DNA of 33,167 nucleotides from an uncultured Clostridia bacterium (GTDB lineage Bacteria; Bacillota; Clostridia; TANB77; CAG-508): NCBI GenBank assembly GCA_944388015.1, contig CALXHD010000002.1, positions 1 to 33,167 of the forward strand, read 5' to 3'. Shown piece by piece: positions 8,468 to 17,223 of this stretch (position 1 is its first letter; each line of letters starts with the position of its first letter). The notes under the pieces were generated by a model. It saw only the letters and a program-made list of their open reading frames with translations, ran no database searches and was not told where the DNA came from. The position numbers and the translations under genes were made by a program.

Positions 8468-9580
8468 ATGAATGATTTAAAAAGTAATTGGAAAAAGTGG
8501 ATTTCGTGGTTTTTATTAGCAGTTAGTATAATTATAGTATATAAAATTTTTGATAATTTTGGTAATGTACAAAATTGGTTTGGTACCTTATTTAGTACAT
8601 TAAGTCCATTTTTAATTGGAATATTTATAGCATATATTTTAATTTTGCCATGTAGAAAAATAGAAAATGCTTTTAAAAAGAGTAAGGTTAAATTTATATC
8701 TAAAAGGGCTAGAGCCTTTGGAGTTCTTACGACTTATATTATAGCACTATTAATGCTTATTATAATAATCAATTTTATTTTTCCAATTTTAAAAGATAGT
8801 ATTATAGAGTTATTTGGTAATATTCAAGGATATTATGAAACTGCAATACATAAATTTGATGAATTACCTGAAGATTCATTTTTAAAAAGTCAGATTGTAA
8901 AAGATTTGGTTAGTCAAATTCAAAATACTGATGTTAAACAATTGCTTAGTTTAAATAATGAAAAAATAATGGGATATGTACAAAATGTATTTGGATTATT
9001 TTCAAGTATATTTGATGTATTTGTAGCAATAGTTGTATCTGTATATATATTATTACAAAGGGATTCAATAATAGATTTCTTAAAGAGATTATCTAAAAAG
9101 GTATTCCGCAAAGAAACTTATGAACATTTGGATAAATATTTTGGAAAAGCAAATGAAATGTTTTTTAGGTTTGTTGGAAGTCAAATAATGGATGCATTTA
9201 TTGTTGGAATATTGGTAACAATTGCAATGAGCATAATGAGAGTAAAATATGCGCCATTGCTAGGATTTATGATTGGTTTATTTAATATAATACCATATTT
9301 TGGAGCAATAATAGCTGTTGTAATAGCTGCTGTTATAACATTAATAACAGGTGGACTAGCTCAAGCAATAATTATGATTATTGTAGTAATTATATTGCAA
9401 CAAATTGATGCAAATATTATAAATCCTAAAATAATTGGAAATTCATTGAAAATAAGTCCATTATTGGTTATATTTGCTGTAACTCTTGGAGGAGCATATT
9501 TTGGTGTTATGGGAATGTTTTTAGCTGTACCTGTTGCAGCTGTTGTTAAACTTATAATGGAAGATTTTTTAAGAGCATAA
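8468..9580 (+). CDS. AI-2E family transporter (PerM/UPF0118-type permease)
   Basis: Polytopic membrane protein of 370 aa. The family-typical central loop is followed by GLFNIIPYFGAII and a C-terminal LAVPVAAVVK-type helix. Confidence 0.75.
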   Translation: MNDLKSNWKKWISWFLLAVSIIIVYKIFDNFGNVQNWFGTLFSTLSPFLIGIFIAYILILPCRKIENAFKKSKVKFISKRARAFGVLTTYIIALLMLIIIINFIFPILKDSIIELFGNIQGYYETAIHKFDELPEDSFLKSQIVKDLVSQIQNTDVKQLLSLNNEKIMGYVQNVFGLFSSIFDVFVAIVVSVYILLQRDSIIDFLKRLSKKVFRKETYEHLDKYFGKANEMFFRFVGSQIMDAFIVGILVTIAMSIMRVKYAPLLGFMIGLFNIIPYFGAIIAVVIAAVITLITGGLAQAIIMIIVVIILQQIDANIINPKIIGNSLKISPLLVIFAVTLGGAYFGVMGMFLAVPVAAVVKLIMEDFLRA

Positions 9581-9589
9581 CTTTAGTAA

Positions 9590-9634
9590 AAATAGAGATT
9601 TGAAAAATTTAAATTTATCAATCTCTATTTTTTA
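9590..9634 (+). terminator. Rho-independent terminator
   Basis: AAATAGAGATT (9590-9600) pairs perfectly with AATCTCTATTT (9620-9630). The T-run continues to 9633. The loop is 19 nt. Confidence 0.7.
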
Positions 9635-9673
9635 ATCTATTAGAAAAGTCATGTTGACTTTTCTAATAGATTA
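9633..9673. repeat. Copy 2 of the terminator-adjacent palindromic element
   Basis: TAATCTATTAGAAAAGTCA (9633-9651), tgt, TGACTTTTCTAATAGATTA (9655-9673), with perfect 19-bp arms. The core is identical to copy 1 apart from one arm base and one loop base. Both copies are followed by AAATAC[G/A]TT. Confidence 0.9.
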
Positions 9674-9786
9674 AATACATTAAAATCAATAATTAGTATA
9701 AAACAAAAAAATACGATGAAATTCTACACATAAAAGGGTTAGCTAAATTTTATGGATTTTATTTTCAGAATTTGTTGAATTTGATA

Positions 9787-9815
9787 TTGCCTATTTTAAG
9801 TTGGTATGTTATATT
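9787..9815 (+). promoter_or_regulatory. Putative promoter of the T7SS-like operon
   Basis: TTGCCT (9787-9792), 17-nt spacer, TGtTATATT extended -10 (9807-9815). It lies about 60 nt upstream of the ATG at 9878. Confidence 0.4.
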
Positions 9816-9877
9816 TTAGATGTAATACTTTTTATTAAGTTTTATGCTTAATAATAATATATGGGGAGGTGAATAAT

Positions 9878-10492
9878 ATGGCAAGAATTCCTAAGGCACA
9901 ATATGAAACAATGCCATCATATGCAAAGCAAATGAGATCAGCAGGACAAGAATTAAACCAAGCACTTATAGAAGCATATACAAATATAGCTAATATGCAT
10001 TCAGTTTGGTATGGAAAAAGATATAATTCTTTGTTACAACAATTTAATAATATGATACCACAAATGTCAGAACTATTAGAATTTGTTGTTGCACAACTTC
10101 CATTTGCATTAGAAACAATTGCAAATAACTATTCTTCAGCAGATGGTGTTGGAAAAATAACAAGTGCTGCAAGAACAGAACCTAAAAAAATTAATGCTAT
10201 AACACCAAGTACAGAAGAAGGCTTAAAATTTATGTCTGATGAAGTTGCAAATGTACAAAAGAAGGTATCAGCAAATTTCACAAATGCAAAAGAAAAAATG
10301 GATCAAATTCAAACAATTTATTCAAAAGTTGAATGGGTAAGTGATGCAGCTACTCAATTTAGAGCTAGATTTATGCAATTAAAGAAAAACATAACTACAT
10401 TTTTTGATGAATTTAATGCATCATTTACAAAATCTATGCAACAAACATTGCAAGATATTCAAGCAACAGAAAATGCAAATACAGTTAATTAA
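9878..10492 (+). CDS. WXG100-family-like protein, double length (two tandem WXG-type helical hairpins)
   Basis: GGGGAGG RBS 9 nt before the ATG at 9878, so I prefer this over the GTG at 9869. The first half has W-Y-G at codons 44-46 (10007-10015) in the usual WXG100 position, followed by an ...ANNYSSAD segment. The second half has EWVSDAATQFRARF with its W at codon 153 (10334-10336), about 43 residues into that half. An EssC gene lies in the same operon. Confidence 0.65.
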   Translation: MARIPKAQYETMPSYAKQMRSAGQELNQALIEAYTNIANMHSVWYGKRYNSLLQQFNNMIPQMSELLEFVVAQLPFALETIANNYSSADGVGKITSAARTEPKKINAITPSTEEGLKFMSDEVANVQKKVSANFTNAKEKMDQIQTIYSKVEWVSDAATQFRARFMQLKKNITTFFDEFNASFTKSMQQTLQDIQATENANTVN

Positions 10493-10572
10493 AAGTATAA
10501 ATACTTTCTTTGGTAACTGTATATTCAGTTATCAAGGAAAATATTTATAAAAATATATTTAGGGGGGTTTTT

Positions 10573-10998
10573 ATGAGTAGTATACTTGAAAGAGCAGAGG
10601 CTAAGGCAAGAATTCAAGCAGATATAGATAATCTAAATGCTTCTTTAGCTATTTGGGAGCCGGATCGAAAAGAAGCAATGGAAAAAAAGAGAAGATATAT
10701 TGCTATGAAAACTGAAATAAGTTCTGCTCAGAGTAAATTAAGAACAGCAAAAGCTCAATTATCTAGAGCTAGTTTTATTTTAAATAATTATTCAGGTTTT
10801 TCTATAAAAAAATTTGCAGGAGAGGTGTCTGAAAAAATGACATCTATTGATGGAGTTGTTTCACGATTAAGCGGAGTTTCAGGTGAAGCTAGCAGGCAAA
10901 TAAAAAAATTAGAAGTAAAAATTGAACAACTAGATAATTGGATAAAAAATGCAAAAGTTTCAATTGCCCAATTACAACAGCAATTCTATATGTTATAA
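10573..10998 (+). CDS. Small all-helical/coiled-coil protein (141 aa), T7SS-associated and possibly a substrate partner or chaperone; family not recognised
   Basis: G-rich RBS (AGGGGGG) 5 nt before the ATG at 10573; the TTG at 10510 in the track has no RBS. Heptad-like, Ala/Lys/Gln-rich sequence with no TM helix and no signal peptide. It sits between a WXG-like gene and a putative substrate gene. Confidence 0.55.
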   Translation: MSSILERAEAKARIQADIDNLNASLAIWEPDRKEAMEKKRRYIAMKTEISSAQSKLRTAKAQLSRASFILNNYSGFSIKKFAGEVSEKMTSIDGVVSRLSGVSGEASRQIKKLEVKIEQLDNWIKNAKVSIAQLQQQFYML

Positions 10999-11050
10999 TA
11001 TGGGTTTTATATAACAAATTTTGCTTTTAAAAGAAAGGAATGGGATTATT

Positions 11051-12328
11051 ATGGGACTTAAAGTTGATACAACTGGATTACAGAGTGGAGTTAGATCAAG
11101 AATTAAACAAGCTGAAAGATATTTAAGAAGTGCTAAAAGTGTAGTAGACTCAATAGAATCACCATCTGCTTTTCCAAAAGCAAGGGAACTTAGAAGTATT
11201 TCAAATACAATAGCAGGTATAGAAAGTAGTTTAGGAGGTATAGATTCAGGAGTAGGTGGATATGTTGCTAAGATAAATGAAGCAGAAGCTAGAAATCAAG
11301 CTATTACTGCTATGTTAAGTAATATGGCACTAGGAGGAATACCTAATCTTATGGAACAAGATAATCCATTAGTTAATTCTGCAAAAGATACAATTTCTAA
11401 AAAAATAACTGGAATAAAAAGTAATTATGAAAAATTGACTGATATTAGAGGTGAGGCACAGGCAAAAATTTCAAAATTAAGAGAAATTTCAAAAGAACAA
11501 AAAATAAAAAATTTTAAAGAAAATGTGCAAAAGGGAATAGATTCTACAGGAGATTTTATTGAAAAAATTGTTTCCGGAGGAAAAAATATATATAGTGAAG
11601 CACAAGGTCTTGCTTCTAAAGTTAATGATATGACTGAGAAAGAATTTAATAGTAAACTTGATGATATAAAAGGACTTGGTGATAAGATAACAGATGTTTC
11701 TAAAGATTTTGTATCAGAATTAGAATCTAAAAGTGAAAAAATATTTGATGATTCAAATAAGAGTGGAGATTCGCAAGCTAATATAAATTCAGGTTCTACA
11801 GGTGGAAATAACATACATTCAAATTCATCTGCGGGAACATCTTCAACTGGTGGATTATCAGGAACAAGTTCAGTAGTAGTAAATGGAACAGACAAAACTC
11901 AAAAAGTTGATAAAGCATCAATTCAAGCAAAAGTAAACGAATTAGTAGAATTACTACAGAAACAAGATATAACAAAAGAGGAGTTAGTACAGATAATTAA
12001 CAAAAAATTGAAAAGTAAAACAGATATTATTGCTGAAATTAGTGATTCTAAGTCAATAAATATTAAACTTAATAAAAGAATGGATAGTTTAATTGAATTG
12101 ATGAAAAAAAATAATATGTCAAATAGCCAAATATTAATGGCATTTACTGGTGGATTTGTAAGTGCAAAATCTTCAAAAAGTTCAAGTAACATATCAGGTC
12201 GATTAAGTAATGTGACAAACAAATCAGAAAATAGTGAGGATATAAATAAAACTATAGAAGAGAAAGAGAAAGTTATTATAGATAAGGCTAAAGATATTAT
12301 TGATAATAAAAAGGATAAGAAAATTTAA
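11051..12328 (+). CDS. Putative T7SS substrate/accessory protein (about 425 aa): N-terminal helical domain, Ser/Gly/Asn-rich linker, helical Lys-rich C terminus; no TM helix and no recognisable toxin domain
   Basis: The ATG at 11051 follows AAAGGAA. The start MGLKVDTTGLQSGVRSRIKQAERYL resembles the opening of LXG/T7SS-effector N-terminal domains (loose resemblance only). There is a low-complexity linker (GSTGGNNIHSNSSAGTSSTGGLSGTSS) and no hydrophobic segments. Confidence 0.5.
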   Translation: MGLKVDTTGLQSGVRSRIKQAERYLRSAKSVVDSIESPSAFPKARELRSISNTIAGIESSLGGIDSGVGGYVAKINEAEARNQAITAMLSNMALGGIPNLMEQDNPLVNSAKDTISKKITGIKSNYEKLTDIRGEAQAKISKLREISKEQKIKNFKENVQKGIDSTGDFIEKIVSGGKNIYSEAQGLASKVNDMTEKEFNSKLDDIKGLGDKITDVSKDFVSELESKSEKIFDDSNKSGDSQANINSGSTGGNNIHSNSSAGTSSTGGLSGTSSVVVNGTDKTQKVDKASIQAKVNELVELLQKQDITKEELVQIINKKLKSKTDIIAEISDSKSINIKLNKRMDSLIELMKKNNMSNSQILMAFTGGFVSAKSSKSSSNISGRLSNVTNKSENSEDINKTIEEKEKVIIDKAKDIIDNKKDKKI

Positions 12329-12389
12329 ATAAATATATTTAAGCTAAAGAATAAAAAATAATACACGATAGAAAAGGGAGGGAGAATAA

Positions 12390-15300
12390 TTGTTAGTAAC
12401 ATTAATAGGCAAAAAATCAATACATAAAATAGTTTTACCACAGACTACAGTAGGAAATTATTGGATAACAGATAAAACAGAAGAAAAAGAAAAAAAACTT
12501 GTTAATATAGAGGGAAAAGCAGGAAAATGGCAAGTGGTAAGTAATAATTATGTAAAAGTGATAAACTCAAAATTTATAAATGTTACAAATAATAGTATCT
12601 CTGTAATTCCAAGTAGAGAAAAGGTTACAGAAAGAGTTATATTACAAGAATATAGTATGTATGGCATATGTATTGGAAACTTAGAAGAATTATACATCTT
12701 ATATTGCTCTCCTGTTTATGAAAATAGTTTTGAACATCTTAATATAAAAAATACGAAAGAAATATATATAGGAAGTAATAATCAAAACCATATTGAATAT
12801 AATAATATCTTAGTAAAAAATACGCATGCAAGAATCTATAAAGATTCAGGAAGATGGGTAATAGAGAATTTGGATAACAGATTTGGAACATTTGTAAATA
12901 ATATGCCTATCTTTGGGGAAACAAAAATTTTGTTTAATGGCGACGTTATTTTTATTATGGGACTTAAAGTAATAATGATGGGAAATAGTATTTTTATAAA
13001 TAATCCCCAAAATGCGGTTAGATATAATAGTAAATATTTTGAACTAGATAAGACTAAATATGTAATAGATAAAACTCAGTCTAGTGAAGATATACAGGAA
13101 AATATAGAGTTATATTCTGATAAAGAGTATTTTTCTAGAGCACCAAGAATAAAAAATATAATAGAAACTGAAAAGGTCAAAATAGATGCTCCACCACAAA
13201 TTCAAGATAAAGAAGATACACCTGCTATATTAGTATTAGGATCAACATTAGCAATGGGATTAATGATGATGATTTCAATTATAACTACTATAGATGGAAG
13301 AATAAGTGGTACAGCTACTGCAAAAGATACGGCTTTTTCATTGGCTATGGCAGTGGCAATGCTTATAAGTATAATTGTATTTCCGATTTTGAATGTTAAA
13401 TATGATAAAAGGAGAAAAAAACGTTACGAAGAGAAACGTCAAAAAAGATATACTGAATATTTGAATAAAAAGAGAAAAGTAATAGAAAAAATTATGTCTA
13501 AACAAAAGGCAATTCTTTTTGAAAATTATGTATCTGCAGAAGAATGTACAAAAATAATATTAGAAAAAGGGCCAAGACTTTGGGAAAGGAAAATTGAAGA
13601 TTATGACTTTTTACAAGTTAGACTAGGAATAGGTGATGTGCCACTAAAAATCGAAATACAATATCCTGAAGAATCTTTTGCTATGGAGGATGATAATTTA
13701 GTAGATATATTAAATGATATTGCAGAAAAATCAAAAACATTAAAAGATGCACCAATAGTCACATCATTAATTGAAAAAGATGTAGTAGCATTAGTAGTAA
13801 AAAATAATGAAACATTTAAAAAGTTTATGCAATCTCTTATTGTACAATTAATAGCATTTCATAGTTATGAAGATTTAAAACTTGTATTTTTATTAAAAAA
13901 AGATAATGATAATTATTGGGATTATGTAAAAATGTTGCCACATGTTTGGAACAATACAAAACAAATAAGATTTTATGCTGATAATTATGAAGATATGAAA
14001 GAAGTATCTAAATATCTTGAAGATGAAATGAAAGAAAGAATGCAATATGATGAAAACATGGATTATAGAGCATTTAGTCCATATTATTTAATAATAACAG
14101 ATGATTACACTAAAATAGAAAATTTGAGAATAATAACAGAAATGTTGAAATCAAAAAAGAATCTGGGATTTAGTCTTTTGTGTATCACAGAAGATATGAC
14201 ACAACTTCCAAATGAATGTAAAACATTTATAACATTAGAAAATAATACAGGAGTTATATTTGATAGTGAAATGTCATCAAATAACCAAAGAAAAATCACA
14301 TTTGATACATCATTTACAATCTTCTTTGAGAAAATATGTCAAACAATATCAAATATACCGATTAGATATATGAGAACAGGTAGTGGACTGTTGCCAAATA
14401 CATATACATTTTTAGAAATGTATGATGTGGGATTAATAGAACAGTTAAATGTTTTAGAAAGATGGAGAAAAAATGATTCTACATTATCATTAAAAGCACC
14501 AATAGGGATAGATTCATCAGGGATGCCAATTGTTTTAGATATTCACGAAAAAATGCATGGTCCACATGGACTTATTGCAGGTAGTACAGGTTCTGGTAAG
14601 AGTGAATTTATAATAACATATATTTTATCTTTGGCAATTAATTATCAGCCTGATGATGTTACATTTTTATTAATAGATTATAAAGGTGGAGGATTAGCAG
14701 GAGCTTTTTCAAAAGGGCAGATAAAATTACCTCATCTAGTAGGAACTATTACAAATATTGATACAATAGGGTTACAAAGGTCTTTGGCATCAATACAAAG
14801 TGAATTAAAAAGAAGACAAATAAAATTTAATGAAGCTAGAAACATGATAGATGAAGGAACAATAGATATCTATAAATATCAAAAATTATATCATGAGGGT
14901 ATAATAAAAGAGCCAATACCTCATTTGTTAATAATTTGTGATGAGTTTGCTGAATTAAAGCAACAACAAGAAGAATTTATGGATGAATTAATAAGTGTTT
15001 CAAGAATAGGTAGAAGCTTAGGTGTTCACTTGATATTAGCAACACAAAAACCTGCTGGAATTGTAAATGATCAAATTAGAAGTAATAGCAAATTTGCTAT
15101 ATGTTTAAAAGTGCAAGATAGAGAAGATAGTATGGATGTTATAAAAAAACCAGATGCTGCAAGTTTAAGAGGAGCTGGACAATTTTATATGCAAGTTGGT
15201 AATGACGATTATTTTGTATTAGGACAATCAGCATGGTCAGGAGCACCATATTATCCATCTGATATGGCAAAAAGGAAAATTGATAATTCAATACAGTTTA

Positions 15301-16979
15301 TTTCTAATATAGGAGCACCTATAAAAGAAGTAGCAGATCCATCGCAAAAAGTAATAAGTAGTAAGGGTGAACAATTAACAAATATTGTTAAATATATATA
15401 TCACTTAGCAAAGCAAGAACAAATTCAAACACATAATTTATGGTTAGATAGTATACCTGAGACTATATTTGTAGAAGATTTAAAGAAAAAATATCATGTT
15501 AAAGATTTAAAAGATGGGATAAATGTTATACTTGGTGAATATGATGACCCATATAATCAAAGACAAGGTCTAGTTAATTTAAATCTTTTAAATGTGGGAA
15601 ATATAGTTGTATATGGAAATGCAGAAAGTGGAAAAGAAACATTATTGGGAACAATAATTTACAATCTAATTACATCATATGATGCAACAAAAGTTATTAT
15701 ATATGCACTTGACTTTGGAAGTGAGGCATTAAAAATATATAGAAATGCACCACAAGTTGGAGATGTGGTTTTAGCAAATGAAAATGAAAAAATTTCTAGA
15801 TTTTTTGATATGATACAAAAGGAAATAAAAGATAGAAAAGAAACTTTGTCAAATTATAATGGAGATTATGAATTATTTGTAAAAACAGGCAATAAGCCAA
15901 TGCCGATGATGGTAGTTATTTTAAATAATTATGAAGCATTTTCAGAAATTACTCAAGAGGAATATGAAGACATACTTTTAACAATTACAAGAGAAGGTGC
16001 TAAATGTGGGATAATATTTATTACTACAGTTAGTGTTTATAATGCGATGAGATATAGATTAACACAAAATTTTAAAAAGAAAATAGTATTACAATTAAAT
16101 AATGAAGATGATTATTTTAATATATTTGATAAAATAGGAAAGAAAAGACCATCACATATTTTTGGAAGAGGATTGATAACTATAGATAGTGATGAAATTT
16201 ATGAATTCCAAACTGCTAAAATATGTGAACAAGCAGAATATAATGCATATGTGCAGGAAATTATTAATACATTGGATACTACAGAGCAACCATCTGCACC
16301 AAGTATTCCAATTATTCCTGATAAAATAACACTGAAAGATTTTGAACCAAATTTAAAAGATATACAAACATTACCAATTGGCTTAACAAAAAAACAACTA
16401 AAAATAGCTACATATGATTTTACAAAAAGACTTATGAATATTATTGTATCTAAAAATTTAAATGATGTTGTAGAATTTTTATATTATGTTATTGAAGAAA
16501 TAAAAAAATTACAAAATTTGAATATAGTTATATTAAATGCAGAAATACCATCTGTAGGACAAAAAGAAAAAACAAAAATAGAATATCAAAATTTTGTGAA
16601 AAACTTTGAAAAAAATAAACAAAATACGTTATGTATAATAATAGGAATTGATAAATTTATAAATGAATTTGTAGAAGATACAGAATTTAATGAAGTTTTA
16701 AAAACAGCTGAAGAAATAGGGTTATATAATTTTATAATAGTAGAAACTGTAAATAAATTAAAAAACCATGAATATGATAATTGGTATAAATCATATGTAT
16801 CAAATGATTTTGGAATATATGTTGGAAACGGAATTGATGATCAATATCTTATTAGTATAGATGATAGGCAAGATTTGGTAAATAATTGTGGAAGAAGCTA
16901 TGGATATATTGTAAGACAGGGTATTCCAACACTTATAAAATTGTTAGGTATGAGAGAAAGTAGTGATGATAATGGATAA
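12390..16979 (+). CDS. essC: Type VII secretion system ATPase EssC/YukB (FHA domains, 2 TM helices, three FtsK/SpoIIIE-type domains)
   Basis: GGGAGGGAG RBS before the TTG at 12390. The N terminus has an FHA-like module (GTFVNNMPIFGETKILFNGDVIFIMGLKV). Two TM helices are present (PAILVLGSTLAMGLMMMISIITTI and AFSLAMAVAMLISIIVFPIL). D1 has Walker A GSTGSGKSE (14580-14603) and Walker B LLIICDEFAELK. Two further FtsK-like domains follow. The 1529-aa length is typical of EssC. Confidence 0.9.
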   Translation: MLVTLIGKKSIHKIVLPQTTVGNYWITDKTEEKEKKLVNIEGKAGKWQVVSNNYVKVINSKFINVTNNSISVIPSREKVTERVILQEYSMYGICIGNLEELYILYCSPVYENSFEHLNIKNTKEIYIGSNNQNHIEYNNILVKNTHARIYKDSGRWVIENLDNRFGTFVNNMPIFGETKILFNGDVIFIMGLKVIMMGNSIFINNPQNAVRYNSKYFELDKTKYVIDKTQSSEDIQENIELYSDKEYFSRAPRIKNIIETEKVKIDAPPQIQDKEDTPAILVLGSTLAMGLMMMISIITTIDGRISGTATAKDTAFSLAMAVAMLISIIVFPILNVKYDKRRKKRYEEKRQKRYTEYLNKKRKVIEKIMSKQKAILFENYVSAEECTKIILEKGPRLWERKIEDYDFLQVRLGIGDVPLKIEIQYPEESFAMEDDNLVDILNDIAEKSKTLKDAPIVTSLIEKDVVALVVKNNETFKKFMQSLIVQLIAFHSYEDLKLVFLLKKDNDNYWDYVKMLPHVWNNTKQIRFYADNYEDMKEVSKYLEDEMKERMQYDENMDYRAFSPYYLIITDDYTKIENLRIITEMLKSKKNLGFSLLCITEDMTQLPNECKTFITLENNTGVIFDSEMSSNNQRKITFDTSFTIFFEKICQTISNIPIRYMRTGSGLLPNTYTFLEMYDVGLIEQLNVLERWRKNDSTLSLKAPIGIDSSGMPIVLDIHEKMHGPHGLIAGSTGSGKSEFIITYILSLAINYQPDDVTFLLIDYKGGGLAGAFSKGQIKLPHLVGTITNIDTIGLQRSLASIQSELKRRQIKFNEARNMIDEGTIDIYKYQKLYHEGIIKEPIPHLLIICDEFAELKQQQEEFMDELISVSRIGRSLGVHLILATQKPAGIVNDQIRSNSKFAICLKVQDREDSMDVIKKPDAASLRGAGQFYMQVGNDDYFVLGQSAWSGAPYYPSDMAKRKIDNSIQFISNIGAPIKEVADPSQKVISSKGEQLTNIVKYIYHLAKQEQIQTHNLWLDSIPETIFVEDLKKKYHVKDLKDGINVILGEYDDPYNQRQGLVNLNLLNVGNIVVYGNAESGKETLLGTIIYNLITSYDATKVIIYALDFGSEALKIYRNAPQVGDVVLANENEKISRFFDMIQKEIKDRKETLSNYNGDYELFVKTGNKPMPMMVVILNNYEAFSEITQEEYEDILLTITREGAKCGIIFITTVSVYNAMRYRLTQNFKKKIVLQLNNEDDYFNIFDKIGKKRPSHIFGRGLITIDSDEIYEFQTAKICEQAEYNAYVQEIINTLDTTEQPSAPSIPIIPDKITLKDFEPNLKDIQTLPIGLTKKQLKIATYDFTKRLMNIIVSKNLNDVVEFLYYVIEEIKKLQNLNIVILNAEIPSVGQKEKTKIEYQNFVKNFEKNKQNTLCIIIGIDKFINEFVEDTEFNEVLKTAEEIGLYNFIIVETVNKLKNHEYDNWYKSYVSNDFGIYVGNGIDDQYLISIDDRQDLVNNCGRSYGYIVRQGIPTLIKLLGMRESSDDNG

Positions 16980-17223
16980 AGTTTTAGTAAAATTGTATGT
17001 TCCTATTATAGAAGAACAATATGATGTATGGCTACCATTAAATCAAAAGGTTTATAATATAATTAATCTACTTATGAAAGCTATATATGAGATTACAGGA
17101 GGATATTATAAACCTAGTAAAATACCAATTTTATATGATAAATTAACTGGTATGCCATATGATATAAATTTGAGCATAAAAAACTGTAACATGAGAAATG
17201 GAGCAGAAATAATATTAATATAG
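16966..17223 (+). CDS. esaB: YukD/EsaB-like ubiquitin-fold T7SS protein
   Basis: An 80-86 aa ORF overlapping the essC stop, which suggests translational coupling. Candidate starts are GTG 16963, ATG 16966 and ATG 16972. VLVKLYVPIIEEQYDVWLP...NGAEIILI has the beta-grasp pattern and size of YukD/EsaB, and it sits immediately beside essC. Confidence 0.7.
   Translation: MIMDKVLVKLYVPIIEEQYDVWLPLNQKVYNIINLLMKAIYEITGGYYKPSKIPILYDKLTGMPYDINLSIKNCNMRNGAEIILI

Noticed and set aside
11425-12222. Antisense ORFs 11425-11895 (156 aa) and 11923-12222 (99 aa) opposite the 425-aa T7SS-associated gene
   Set aside because: They are long for shadow ORFs, so I considered an overlapping gene. Their sequences are Ser/Phe/Leu/Pro-rich mirror images of the Glu/Lys/Ser-rich sense strand. 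They have no RBS or promoter and would run head-on into the operon. The sense frame has the better start context.
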